Shown in pieces: positions 1-9,684 of a DNA stretch of 60,396 nucleotides. A program made the translations under genes and the position numbers. Position 1 is the first letter of the stretch. Every line of letters starts with the position of its first letter. A model generated the notes under the pieces. The model ran no database searches, was not told the origin of the DNA, and saw only the letters and a program-made list of their open reading frames with translations. This DNA comes from Candidatus Levybacteria bacterium RIFCSPHIGHO2_01_FULL_36_15 (GTDB taxonomy: Bacteria; Patescibacteriota; Microgenomatia; Levybacterales; GWA1-39-11): assembly GCA_001782015.1 (NCBI GenBank), contig MFNJ01000047.1:13912-74307 (forward strand), read 5' to 3'.

Positions 1-418
1 TGTTGAGGGTGCAGTGATAAATCCGGGAGTCTATAGTCTTAAAACAGGCTCCCGAATTCAGGACGGCCTTATAGCTGCAGGAGGATTATCGCAGGAGGCT
101 GACCGAGCCTATATTGAAAAGAATATTAATCTTGCAACAGCCCTTACCGACGGCCAAAAAATTTATATTCCCAAGCTGTCGGATGCGCAAAAAACGGGCG
201 TGGTTGATGGTGTATCTATGGACAGCAGTTTTTCCTCAAAAATAAATATAAATAGCGCTTCTACCAGTGATCTTGACAGTCTTTCAGGGATAGGTGTGGT
301 AACAGCCCAAAAAATTATAGACGCAAGGCCATACAACTCAATAGATGATCTTCTTAACCGTAAAATCGTGAGCAGTAAAGTATTTGAGCAGATTAAAGAT
401 AAAATCAGTGTATATTAA
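1..418 (+). CDS. comEA: ComEA-like DNA-binding competence protein (SLBB + helix-hairpin-helix), 5' end outside the window
   Basis: NPGVYSL...AAGG (SLBB) and KININSAS..DLDSLSGIG..TAQKII (HhH) motifs; the frame is open to the window edge; lies upstream of comEC. Confidence 0.9.
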   Translation, partial: VEGAVINPGVYSLKTGSRIQDGLIAAGGLSQEADRAYIEKNINLATALTDGQKIYIPKLSDAQKTGVVDGVSMDSSFSSKININSASTSDLDSLSGIGVVTAQKIIDARPYNSIDDLLNRKIVSSKVFEQIKDKISVY

Positions 419-517
419 TACGACTTACGCATTTTTTGTCATTCTGAATTCATTTCAGAATCCCGCTAGATGCTGAAACAAGTTCAGCATGACGTGTTTT
501 GCGTAAGTCGTATTAAT
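414..517. repeat. Nested palindromic element: 18-bp perfect inverted repeat enclosing a GTCATTCTGAA...TTCAGCATGAC element
   Basis: attaatacgacttacgca (414-431) pairs with tgcgtaagtcgtattaat (500-517); the inner element 438-493 is near-identical to 48631-48686. Confidence 0.85.
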
Positions 518-530
518 TTAAAATTAATCT

Positions 531-1829
531 ATGCTTCGAGTTTTCATTTTCTGCCTGGTTCTTTTTTTAGCGCTTTCTTTAAGGCTGGTTTGGTATTTTA
601 GCAGCCAGGAGGTTTATTATGATGGCCAGAAGGTGGAAATCAGAAAAACTCTTCTTGATAATCCAAGAATCACTGAAGGTAAAAACGGATTTTCAGGTTA
701 CCAGATTATTTATACAAATAGGCTTAAAATAATTTTTCCCCGTTTTCCGGAATACCATTATGCGGATAATCTTTTAATCTCAGGCATAGTTTCAAGACAG
801 GAATACGGCAATGAAAAGTCCAAAGTGCTAAACAAAGAAATATCATTTGTTATGAAAAACCCAAAAATTGAACCTGTGAAAAATGAAAAAGATTTATTTT
901 CTGCGTCTGTCAAATCACTGTTATCACTGACATCATATATCCGACAGAAAGTGGAACATACCTTTAATCTTTATTTGGCAAGGGATGAGGCAAGTTTACT
1001 TATGGGTATAGTTTTTGGAATTAAATCGCAGATGAATAATGATTACTTTACTGCTTTGAAAAACGCGGGAGTAATGCATGTGATAGCAGCCTCCGGCATG
1101 AACGTAACTATGGTTGGCGGTTTTTTAGAAGGAATATTCATACTGATACTAAAGAGGCAATTTGCTCTGGTTTTGACGTTGTTTGGGATAGTCTTTTATG
1201 CTGTTTTATCCGGTCTTGAGCCTTCAATAATAAGGGCTTCCGTTATGGCTGTTTTTGCCTATTCAGCCGCAATTTTGGGAAAGCAGAACTTTTCTTACAT
1301 CAGTCTTTTTGTTACAGCTTTTGTTATGCTTATGCTTGAGCCTGATCTTATGCAGGACGTTGGGTTTCAGCTCTCATTTTCTTCTACGCTGGGAATACTT
1401 TCAATCAAACCCGTACTCTCAAAAATTACGGCTAAAAGTTTTATTTCAGGAATAGGCGTAGGTGATGATTTTCTGACTACGTTCTCGGCTCAGGCAGTTA
1501 GCCTTCCGATTATGCTCACAAGTTTTTCCTCTTATAATCCTGTATCAATTTTAGTTAACATGCTTGTTTTGTGGACCATCCCGCCGCTTATGATTTTAGG
1601 GGGAGTAGGGGCGATTGCGGGACTGATTTTGCCATTTCTTGGCCAAATATGTCTATATTTATCCTTGCCTTTTTTGCTGTTTTTCAAAAAAACCGTTATG
1701 TTGTTTTCAGGTCTTCCAGGGAAAATCAGTGTTGATGTTCGAAATGAAAATTTCCCCTGGCAAATAACAGTCGGTTATTATTTAATCCTAGTTTCCTTAG
1801 TCTTGTTTATTGGAAAGAAGAAAAAGTAG
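531..1829 (+). CDS. comEC: ComEC/Rec2 competence membrane protein (Competence domain)
   Basis: GVMHVIAASGMN, SIIRASVMA, DVGFQLSF motifs; many hydrophobic segments. Confidence 0.92.
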   Translation: MLRVFIFCLVLFLALSLRLVWYFSSQEVYYDGQKVEIRKTLLDNPRITEGKNGFSGYQIIYTNRLKIIFPRFPEYHYADNLLISGIVSRQEYGNEKSKVLNKEISFVMKNPKIEPVKNEKDLFSASVKSLLSLTSYIRQKVEHTFNLYLARDEASLLMGIVFGIKSQMNNDYFTALKNAGVMHVIAASGMNVTMVGGFLEGIFILILKRQFALVLTLFGIVFYAVLSGLEPSIIRASVMAVFAYSAAILGKQNFSYISLFVTAFVMLMLEPDLMQDVGFQLSFSSTLGILSIKPVLSKITAKSFISGIGVGDDFLTTFSAQAVSLPIMLTSFSSYNPVSILVNMLVLWTIPPLMILGGVGAIAGLILPFLGQICLYLSLPFLLFFKKTVMLFSGLPGKISVDVRNENFPWQITVGYYLILVSLVLFIGKKKK

Positions 1830-1830
1830 A

Positions 1831-2388
1831 CTAGGCCTTTTGCGGTTGAGGTTTTTGAAAAGTCAGATATTGACTTTCTTCTCCTGGGAGTTGGCTAAAA
1901 GTAAAAACAGGAACAGGGTGCTGTTCGCTTATTTCCATAAAACCATGATTCTTTGTTCCTGGACCAATCGCAAGTAAGACAGTCACTTTTTCACCTTTCC
2001 GGTATTTATCTAATCTAGATCTATAAGAATCATGATAATCCGTAACTCCATCAATCATTTCACGCATGTCGGAACACCATTCAGGGCCTTTTCTATCCAT
2101 GGGTCCGGCCGCATGTTCTTCTGCCATTTCTTTCTTGAGTCTGGTAAGTTCCGCTGCCTCTTTTTCCACAGAGCCTTCCAATAGACACTCAAATCTTGGA
2201 TAAACGAGAGCTTTAAATTGTCCAATCCCATCTTGACCAAGTGCGGTTAACCGGTCCAGTTCTTCGCTTCCTTCAAATGCCAAGCATTTCCAATATCCTC
2301 CTTCAAAAAATGTTAAGCAAGCTTTTCTACTCGCGCTTGCTGCAAGTTCCTGTACTGGATTTGGTTTTGGTATTTCTCCTGATGTCAC
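1831..2388 (-). CDS. Hypothetical protein inserted between comEC and the MBL-domain gene
   Basis: 185-aa ORF, GTG start preceded by TTGACA and a TATATA-type -10; no motif recognised. Confidence 0.6.
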   Translation of the reverse strand: MTSGEIPKPNPVQELAASASRKACLTFFEGGYWKCLAFEGSEELDRLTALGQDGIGQFKALVYPRFECLLEGSVEKEAAELTRLKKEMAEEHAAGPMDRKGPEWCSDMREMIDGVTDYHDSYRSRLDKYRKGEKVTVLLAIGPGTKNHGFMEISEQHPVPVFTFSQLPGEESQYLTFQKPQPQKA

Positions 2389-2426
2389 AATTTTTATATA
2401 TACATCAAGATGTTATACTTGTCAAG

Positions 2427-3284
2427 ATGAAAAAAATTGTCATTTTAAGCACTTTTTCTTTAATTGCTTTAGCCGGAATATTTTCTTATCACTTTTTAAA
2501 ATTCAACGACGGCAAACTTCATCTGATTTTTTGCAACGTAGGGCAGGGAGATGCTATTTTTGTGAGAACTCCCAGTGGCGCAGATATTTTAATTGATGGC
2601 GGTCCCAACAGCAGTGTATTAAAGTGTCTTTCGGATCACATGCCTTTTTATGATCGTGACATTGAGGCAATTTTTGCAAGCCATCCGGATAGCGACCACA
2701 TAACCGGAATTCTTGATGTTGTAGAAAGATATGAGGTTGACGCGTTCTATGAGCCGGAAATTTCCGGCGGAACAAAAATATATGATGAAATAGAAAGATC
2801 GATTAAAGAAAAAGGCATAACTAAAAAATATATTTTTGCCGGAGATAAACTTAAAATTTCAGACGGGGTAACAATAGATACTCTTTGGCCAACTAGGGAA
2901 TACGTGGAAGAAAAAAGAAATTTGGCAAAGAACAATAAAAATCTTTTTTCACTTGTTCAGTTTTTGACTTATAGTGAGAAAAAAGTACTTTTAACGGGTG
3001 ACATAGAAGCAGCAATACTGGATGATATTGGATCTAATATAGGAAGCATTGACATTTTTAAGCTTCCTCATCATGGATCAAAAACAGGAATTGACAGTCA
3101 GACATTTCAACTGATAAAACCTGAATTAGCAGTTATTTCAGTAGGCGCAAATAATAAATACGGCCATCCGGCAAAAGAAATATTGTCCATTCTTGAGAAT
3201 AATAAAATACCATATAAAAGGACGGATAGGGAGGGGGAAGTGGAAATTGTGATTTCGGATGAAAAATTATCGTTTGTACAATAA
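2427..3284 (+). CDS. MBL-fold metallo-hydrolase (stand-alone ComEC C-terminal-type domain) with N-terminal TM anchor
   Basis: NVGQGDA, ILIDGG, SHPDSDHITG, LLTGD, PHHGS, YGHP motifs; ATG at 2427 chosen. Confidence 0.88.
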   Translation: MKKIVILSTFSLIALAGIFSYHFLKFNDGKLHLIFCNVGQGDAIFVRTPSGADILIDGGPNSSVLKCLSDHMPFYDRDIEAIFASHPDSDHITGILDVVERYEVDAFYEPEISGGTKIYDEIERSIKEKGITKKYIFAGDKLKISDGVTIDTLWPTREYVEEKRNLAKNNKNLFSLVQFLTYSEKKVLLTGDIEAAILDDIGSNIGSIDIFKLPHHGSKTGIDSQTFQLIKPELAVISVGANNKYGHPAKEILSILENNKIPYKRTDREGEVEIVISDEKLSFVQ

Positions 3285-3292
3285 AAATTTTG

Positions 3293-3364
3293 AGGCGCGT
3301 GCCGGAATCGAACCGGCGCATAGATGTTTTGCAGACACCTGCGTTTCCTCTTCGCCAACGCGCC
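3293..3364 (-). tRNA. tRNA-Cys(GCA), CCA not encoded
   Basis: Acceptor ggcgcgt/acgcgcc, anticodon arm ggtgt-ctGCAaa-acatc, T-arm gccgg-ttcgatt-ccggc, discriminator U. Confidence 0.95.
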
Positions 3365-3447
3365 GCATCAAATCCTATACCAGACGGTATGGGGTCAAGC
3401 AAGATTAGTTTAACACAGGCTGAAATCAAAATCCAGATTGAGGTATT

Positions 3448-4281
3448 TTATTCACCAAGTCTTCTGGGAATAGATACTTCCCATCCCTGAATTAAAAACA
3501 CATTATGATTAGGGCTTAATCCTACTCTGATAGAGTGCTGGTTTTTCAGGAGGTACAAGCGTCCAAAATCATTTTCCGCACTATCTGTTTCACCCACATG
3601 TCCTAATGGTTCTTTGTATCTTGTTACGCCTTTTGGAGTGGAATAAATAGTCAGAACATTTACATGTGGTTTGCCACGTCCTGATTCTCTGATCATTTTT
3701 TCTGTAATAATTCCGGCTGTTCTATATGGTCCTGTTTGGGTGTTCGCGTTACTTGGTTGTGGTACGAAAGAGAAAGTTGTTGGAAGCCATATTTTGCTAC
3801 TGACCATGTTTTCTTCCAGTGGTGAAAGGGAAACGTTGGCGCGGGTTACTTCTTTAGTATCCGCGTCGTATTCTGCTGCCACAACTCTTCTGGTGTCCCG
3901 ATCAACTCCGGCAACACGAACATAAATTGGTTCTTTATTATCAGGCGATTCTTTCTCATTATTTACCCGCCTTGCGATCTCAATAGTAGCGTCCGCATTT
4001 TGAATATTATCAATATTTCCTGTTTTACTGCCTAAAACAAGTAAAGGAAGACTGTCTCCAATAAAAAAATCTTGCCAGCGTAACTTTCCAAAACCTAATC
4101 GTCCGAAAAGGTCAGATTCAGGAGGAAAAAAAGGGAAAAATAAGCCTCTATCTGCTAAATAATCCTGTATTGCGCTTGCTGAAGTGGGCTTGTCCAAAAA
4201 TTCTTTTTTTCTGATACTCTGTTCAAGTAATCCAAGATAATAAGATCCGATTTTGACTTTTGCTTCTGGAGTAAGCGCCAT
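3448..4281 (-). CDS. Hypothetical protein
   Basis: Long ORF with an upstream TTGACA...TATATT promoter; no motif recognised. Confidence 0.65.
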   Translation of the reverse strand: MALTPEAKVKIGSYYLGLLEQSIRKKEFLDKPTSASAIQDYLADRGLFFPFFPPESDLFGRLGFGKLRWQDFFIGDSLPLLVLGSKTGNIDNIQNADATIEIARRVNNEKESPDNKEPIYVRVAGVDRDTRRVVAAEYDADTKEVTRANVSLSPLEENMVSSKIWLPTTFSFVPQPSNANTQTGPYRTAGIITEKMIRESGRGKPHVNVLTIYSTPKGVTRYKEPLGHVGETDSAENDFGRLYLLKNQHSIRVGLSPNHNVFLIQGWEVSIPRRLGE

Positions 4282-4440
4282 AATTATCAGCAATATATCA
4301 GACAAATATTAACGTGTCAATTATTTGTTGTTAATCTTTAAGTTTCTGTTTTTTTGCAAGCTGAACTTTTATGTTTATTGCTTGTTTTCCCTCTTGCATT
4401 TTTTAAAAATTATGTTAGCCTAAATTATAGAGACAATTCT

Positions 4441-4815
4441 ATGAAAAGAGTTTTGATAGTAGATGATGAGCTTGCTGTAGCATCTATCTTTGACACCGCG
4501 CTGAAAAACGCAGGATATGAGGTGAAGATTGCAACTTCAGGCAAGGGTGGTTTGGATTTGGCAAAGGCAGAAAAATTTGATCTGATTCTTCTTGATCAAA
4601 TGATAGGTGACTTGTCCGGAAACGAGGTCTTAAAAACTTTAAAACAGGATCAGACAACCAAAGCTACACCGGTTGCTATGCTAACCAATTTTGGCCACGA
4701 TACAATGGTCAAAGAAGCTTTATACATTGGGGCCGTAGACTACATCCTAAAGTATCAGATCTCAATAGATGATCTTATCAAAAAGGTTAAGACAATTTTA
4801 GGAGATGCTTCTTAA
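4441..4815 (+). CDS. Single-domain response regulator (receiver)
   Basis: VLIVDDE, DLILLDQM (phospho-Asp), MLTN, YILK. Confidence 0.92.
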   Translation: MKRVLIVDDELAVASIFDTALKNAGYEVKIATSGKGGLDLAKAEKFDLILLDQMIGDLSGNEVLKTLKQDQTTKATPVAMLTNFGHDTMVKEALYIGAVDYILKYQISIDDLIKKVKTILGDAS

Positions 4816-4827
4816 GATAATATATTT

Positions 4828-5286
4828 ATGGAACCAACTGCCAATTCAGAGTATCTGAATTTATTCTCCGAACTCATCAAAAAGCAAATAGTCGTTTTAG
4901 GCCCGGATATTACTCTTGCGAAAGTTAGAAGTGTGGGTGGGATCACGATTGATACTGCGGGAAATGTTACCAGAATAGAAGGTGATCCAAAAGCACTTTT
5001 AAGCAAGTTGATTAATCAATTCATTGAACTTTCAGGCATGATCGTTAAAAGAACGATGGAATCGATGCTTCTTAGTTATTCAAGTCTAACCAGCGCAGGC
5101 AGTCTTGGTAATGCCGCGAACGCAGGAACTGGCAAGAATTCTTCTGATGCAAAGTTACCCCCGGATTTTTCCGCGACTCCGGTTGATTTATCAAATCCTT
5201 TGGGAGGCCTTGATGAAAATAAAATTGCGGAATTAAGCAAGATGCTGGAAGGTTTGGATAAACAGGAGGAAACATCAGGAGCCTGA
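4828..5286 (+). CDS. Hypothetical protein inside the two-component locus
   Basis: 152-aa ORF 12 nt after the receiver gene; ordered N-terminal ~85 aa followed by a low-complexity tail. Confidence 0.75.
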   Translation: MEPTANSEYLNLFSELIKKQIVVLGPDITLAKVRSVGGITIDTAGNVTRIEGDPKALLSKLINQFIELSGMIVKRTMESMLLSYSSLTSAGSLGNAANAGTGKNSSDAKLPPDFSATPVDLSNPLGGLDENKIAELSKMLEGLDKQEETSGA

Positions 5287-5358
5287 AATTATGATAGGTA
5301 CATATATAATTGTGATAGGCAGTAAGAAAACGGCTGACCGGCTGAAATCTCTTACAAA

Positions 5359-7062
5359 ATGAATACTCTTATTCTATATCTTCTTGCATCAAATTTTCTT
5401 GTGGGCTTTTGCGCCTTTATTTTTTTTCTGCAGCAAAATGGCATCAAGAAGAAACTTTATGGGCAAAAACAGGATTTATCACGCAAGCTTTATGAAATTT
5501 CAATATTAAATAAAATCCAGCAGGAATTAGGTTATCCTCTTAATACCACCGAAGTAGTGGAATCTATGGTTCTAAGTCTTGAAGATCTGTTTTCAATGTC
5601 TGCGGTTTCATATGCCATTATCTTTGAGGACAGAATTGAACTCAAAACCTACATTAGGGAGCCGGTCGGCCAAGAATTTGTCAAAAAAGTAAAAGAAATC
5701 ATCTTAGATTCAGTCTGCGGGATAGACGGAAAAGACAAAAATAAGCTTATGGTTAACCAGGATATTTCCGGTATGGTTTCAAACAAAGAAACTTTTCTTC
5801 CGCAGTCTTATTTTAATATCCCGCTTTTTACCGGCGAAAGATTTCTGGCAATTATCAATATTGCTTCAAAAGACAAGAATGTTTACAAAGAAGAAGATAT
5901 GAGTATGTTTTATAAAATCATTGATAGGGCAGGCAACGCTATAAATAGGTTTGAGAGTATTATTAAGACCGAAAAAAGCAAACTTGACTCCATGCTTACC
6001 AGTATTCCGATTGGGGCGGTCATGCTTTTGTTTGAAAACGGCAGTTTAAAATTCTCCTACATGAATACTGCTGCCAGAAATTTTCTTAAGCTTAAGGATG
6101 GGATTACAACAATACATGTTATTGCTAGTTTCGGAAAGTCTTTTGACTTGATAAAAGAAGTAAAACACATACTTAAAAATAAGAAAAGCGTAGTTTTTAA
6201 TAATATAGAGATACAGGAGAAATTCTACAAAATTGTTCTGTCTCCCATGTTTTTGTTTGAGAGTAAAAACGTCATAGGGATATCAATCGCAATGGAGGAT
6301 ATTACTCTTGAGAAACAGATAGAAAATATGCGTGACAATTTTACAAACATGGTTGTACACGAGCTGCGCGCGCCTCTTGTTTCAATTAAAGGCGCCGTTA
6401 CGCTTTTGTCTAAATCTACTCTGGGAAAAGAAGATGCGGATAAAATGTTTGAAATTCTTAAAGAGTCTGCCAATACTATGCTTGAGGAGGTAGGGCAATT
6501 GCTGGACGCGGCAAAGATTGACGCGGGCCGATTTATAATAATCAAAGATCTTGCTGATATAAATGAAGTTGTTAAAGAAAGGGTTGAAACTTTTACTTTT
6601 CTGGCCAAGGAAAGAAAAATTTCTGTAGAAATGGTGCTGGGAGACGGTATCCCCCAATTTGAATTTGATAAAGTAAGAACAGGGCAGGTTTTAAACAATT
6701 TGCTTTCTAACAGTCTTAAATTTACAAACAACGGCGGGAAAATAGAAGTTGAAACTAGAAAAAATGGAGGTTCAATCACTGTGACTATCAAAGACAACGG
6801 GATAGGTATCCCTCAAGATGAACAGGCTTCACTTTTCTCAAAATACGCGCAGGCAAGCGGTATTTTCAGAAAAGACAGTACCGGCTTGGGCTTGTACATT
6901 TCAAAAGGAATTATTAAGTCTCATGGGGGTAAAATATGGCTTGAATCATCACAGGGAAAAGGAACAACAGTTTCCTTTACAATACCGATTATGAACGCAG
7001 CCTACTTGGAAAAGGAAAAACACCACAAAATAATAGCAGCCACAAACGCGGTGGTGAACTAA
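5359..7062 (+). CDS. Sensor histidine kinase (TM, GAF-like, PAS-like, HisKA, HATPase)
   Basis: VHELRAPL (H box), NLLSNSLKF (N box), DNGIGIP (G1), STGLGL (G2). Confidence 0.95.
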   Translation: MNTLILYLLASNFLVGFCAFIFFLQQNGIKKKLYGQKQDLSRKLYEISILNKIQQELGYPLNTTEVVESMVLSLEDLFSMSAVSYAIIFEDRIELKTYIREPVGQEFVKKVKEIILDSVCGIDGKDKNKLMVNQDISGMVSNKETFLPQSYFNIPLFTGERFLAIINIASKDKNVYKEEDMSMFYKIIDRAGNAINRFESIIKTEKSKLDSMLTSIPIGAVMLLFENGSLKFSYMNTAARNFLKLKDGITTIHVIASFGKSFDLIKEVKHILKNKKSVVFNNIEIQEKFYKIVLSPMFLFESKNVIGISIAMEDITLEKQIENMRDNFTNMVVHELRAPLVSIKGAVTLLSKSTLGKEDADKMFEILKESANTMLEEVGQLLDAAKIDAGRFIIIKDLADINEVVKERVETFTFLAKERKISVEMVLGDGIPQFEFDKVRTGQVLNNLLSNSLKFTNNGGKIEVETRKNGGSITVTIKDNGIGIPQDEQASLFSKYAQASGIFRKDSTGLGLYISKGIIKSHGGKIWLESSQGKGTTVSFTIPIMNAAYLEKEKHHKIIAATNAVVN

Positions 7063-7125
7063 AATCATCTATTTTACAACTTCTCCTTGATTTATCTATT
7101 GAGGTTATGTTATATTACCAACATT

Positions 7126-7512
7126 ATGTTGGAGTATGACAGATATCAACCGGTAAAAAAAGAACAACTTACTCCTGAGACTGCCGCAAAAAGATTAAGT
7201 GAAATCTGGCAGAGTTATTATGCAATACCAAAACAACAAAGGTTTCCGGAACTTGAAGATATCCACAGAGCCGCGATAGATGAATTTTACAGCAATCTTA
7301 CGCCTGCGGTAGACAGTTTCCTTCAGAAAGAAGTAGAAATAGATGGTAAATTTTTTACCCAGGGTCAACTTATTCAACAAAGAGCTCGTGAAGAGGCATT
7401 TGGCAGGAGATTGCCAGATTCCCCATCACACAAATCAGCAGGGCAAAGACTACACGAAAGGCGTACAAAAGCACAACAGAGGCGCGGAACTCCCCCCAGA
7501 CTTATTCGTTAA
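7126..7512 (+). CDS. Hypothetical protein
   Basis: 128-aa ORF, ATG just downstream of a TATATT -10 box. Confidence 0.6.
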   Translation: MLEYDRYQPVKKEQLTPETAAKRLSEIWQSYYAIPKQQRFPELEDIHRAAIDEFYSNLTPAVDSFLQKEVEIDGKFFTQGQLIQQRAREEAFGRRLPDSPSHKSAGQRLHERRTKAQQRRGTPPRLIR

Positions 7513-7634
7513 CTCCCTAAAAATAGATACACTACTTAACAGTAAATCATATTTTGATTTACTTAATATATTCAGGTTGCGAATCTGCTCGATCGTTTGC
7601 TGAACTTAAGATAGTAGTCTTCCGGGTCGCAAGA

Positions 7635-8276
7635 CTAAATTCCCAGCGCTTTCCTTCTTTCTTTCCTTATTTTTATTGCGTCATCTAAAGAATGTATGAC
7701 ACCGCTTTTTAGCCAAGGGCTGCTTTGTATAAGTTGTCTTACCTCATGTTGAAATCGAGCCAGCAAAGGTCTTTGCTCTTCAAATAATAAAGCAGAGCTT
7801 AATGTCAAAGACGCGTCCATTTCAGAATAATAATCATCGAAGTCTTGAGATGAATAACGTTTTTTATGACGAGTTAACTCAAGCTCTCTTCTAATTAATT
7901 CAAGGGAAGCATAACCAAAATTAGTTTCACAAGGATATCTTGGCCAAGCCCCCGATTGAGTAAATGCGTCTTCCAACTCTTGCTTAACAGAATTAAGTTC
8001 GTCAAAATGAGGAGGTTCACCAATAAAAACAAGATCAACGTCTAAATTGCGGGGATCGTTATACTGAAGTGATCCATGATAAATAACCGCAATATCATGT
8101 TCATTAAACCAAGGCATTTTAGAACCTACTATTTGGCGTATGGCAGCCCGAGCTTTTTCCACCTCTGGATTTTGTAGATCCGTCTCAAATCTTTTTAAAG
8201 CTTTGAGTCTTCTGTCAATTTCAGGTATAGAGATTGTTGGTTGGCCTTCAGGAGAAGGTCTTGGTATTTCGGTCAT
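7635..8276 (-). CDS. Pol-beta superfamily nucleotidyltransferase-like protein
   Basis: IAVIYHGSLQYNDPRNLDVDLVFI fits the hG[GS]x9-13Dh[DE]h signature. Confidence 0.6.
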   Translation of the reverse strand: MTEIPRPSPEGQPTISIPEIDRRLKALKRFETDLQNPEVEKARAAIRQIVGSKMPWFNEHDIAVIYHGSLQYNDPRNLDVDLVFIGEPPHFDELNSVKQELEDAFTQSGAWPRYPCETNFGYASLELIRRELELTRHKKRYSSQDFDDYYSEMDASLTLSSALLFEEQRPLLARFQHEVRQLIQSSPWLKSGVIHSLDDAIKIRKERRKALGI

Positions 8277-8373
8277 AAGCGATATATTATACAAGAAATA
8301 AGATCAACAAACAATTACTATCGGTTGAATGAATTAAAGAAGCAAAAAAATTTAGAATGACAGGATATGTGTA

Positions 8374-8688
8374 TTAAAAATTTATAAGTTTTACTCTGTG
8401 TGTCAGGATATTTCCCCAGGTCATCATTTGTTCTGCCCAGAAAAGAGGATCTTTTGGGCCTTCTAAACCTTGTTTATGTAAAATGGAGTATTCTTCTTTA
8501 AAACGATCAAAAGTCTTTTTAAAAGGATTCTGGAAGGTTTTGGAATGAAAGTTTTTGATATAGGCAGAAGTCTGCCCCAAAAACATAACAATCCTTTTTT
8601 TCTTTGCGTCATACCCGTCAGCAGCCCAATTTCCTATACGGTTGAGATTCATGGCAATATCTAAAATTTTCAGTTGGGTTTCGCTCAT
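8374..8688 (-). CDS. Small helical hypothetical protein, adjacent to the DUF5674-like gene
   Basis: 104 aa, starts 3 nt after the upstream stop. Confidence 0.75.
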   Translation of the reverse strand: MSETQLKILDIAMNLNRIGNWAADGYDAKKKRIVMFLGQTSAYIKNFHSKTFQNPFKKTFDRFKEEYSILHKQGLEGPKDPLFWAEQMMTWGNILTHRVKLINF

Positions 8689-8691
8689 GGT

Positions 8692-9021
8692 TTATAAAAG
8701 TAAATCCTTCACAATTTTATCAAATTTTTGTCTTATTTTTTGAGAAAGAATATCTCGGCTTGGATTGTTTTGTCCCGGCCGTAAGTTTATGATCGAATTA
8801 TAGTCGATTTCCTTTGTTTCCCAATCAATTCCGCCTCCCCAAAGATTTTCCTGTTGAGAGCCTTCTTTGAGAAGTAATTGTTCTCCGTCAAAATGTCTTT
8901 CTCCGCCGCCTGCCAAAATATTTCTTTCCATATCAATTACTAACTTAATATATCCATCAAAATCTTCAGACATTTTTTGAATTTCTTCAGGAGTTGCCTT
9001 GCTTTTGATAATGAGCAACAT
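8692..9021 (-). CDS. DUF5674-like protein
   Basis: IKLVID...AGGGERHFDGEQLLL..GSQQENLWGG...YNSIINLRP.QNNPSRDI pattern recalled for this family. Confidence 0.7.
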   Translation of the reverse strand: MLLIIKSKATPEEIQKMSEDFDGYIKLVIDMERNILAGGGERHFDGEQLLLKEGSQQENLWGGGIDWETKEIDYNSIINLRPGQNNPSRDILSQKIRQKFDKIVKDLLL

Positions 9022-9231
9022 TTCTTTTATTATACTTTAACAAAAGAATTCTTACTAGGAGTGTTTACGGAAAAACTGCGGAAGGGGAGAGGATGGGATT
9101 GATGTTTATATTAAATCACATTTTGACATAGTGACATTTTTTTAATGCTCGAGCGGTTGAAAGATATTATGTATTCAGATTATGAGATTGTTTAACAAGG
9201 ATGGTTACTAAATTAAGTTCTTTCTTGTGAT

Positions 9232-9675
9232 CTACCTTGTGTCGTACGGTCGGTCTAATATTCCTTTAACGCTAGCTGTGATTTCTTCTGCAGGGTGGAA
9301 TCTTATCATGCTGTAGAACATGTCTCTTTTTCTAACCGTTTCAGGATTTTTTTTTGTGCCGTCAGGGTGATAACTTCTGTCAATAGATTTTGCGTATGAA
9401 TCTGCTAATACTCCATAATGTTTGTCAAATTTCTCTCCGCCATTAGTTAACGTCAAATCATTAGATTCCAATTCTTCTAGTAACCATTCTAATTTTGTAG
9501 GAGCATTATTACTTGCTACCATTAAACCTCGCAAAAACATAGATCTGTCTTCAGTCGGTAATGTAAAGTAGGCTTCAAAATCTGGGTCAACTTCCCTTAT
9601 ATCTACATGAGGTTCAACAGGAAGAGGGGGACGCTTTGTTAATTTTGAAGTTGGTTTCCTTTTTTCAGGTGTCAT
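9232..9675 (-). CDS. Hypothetical protein downstream of rplA
   Basis: 147-aa ORF starting 9 nt after the rplA stop. Confidence 0.6.
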   Translation of the reverse strand: MTPEKRKPTSKLTKRPPLPVEPHVDIREVDPDFEAYFTLPTEDRSMFLRGLMVASNNAPTKLEWLLEELESNDLTLTNGGEKFDKHYGVLADSYAKSIDRSYHPDGTKKNPETVRKRDMFYSMIRFHPAEEITASVKGILDRPYDTR

Positions 9676-9684
9676 ATTAATTAT

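Noticed and set aside
3107-3490. Short ORFs overlapping tRNA-Cys, and similar ORFs at 49270 and 53819
   Set aside because: They are translations of tRNA sequence
6225-6797. Long antisense ORFs inside the histidine kinase, rplA, mreB, S8, sat and PA14 genes
   Set aside because: Shadow frames of well-supported genes, with no motifs of their own
7590-7637. taagatagtagtc resembles a group I intron S element
   Set aside because: No other core elements; better explained by the tagtctt..aagacta hairpin between convergent genes
9078-9102. gcggaaggggagaggatgggattga resembles the reverse complement of a tRNA-Ser 3' end; nearby sequence also weakly resembles the rplA 3' region
   Set aside because: Too short and degenerate to distinguish from chance
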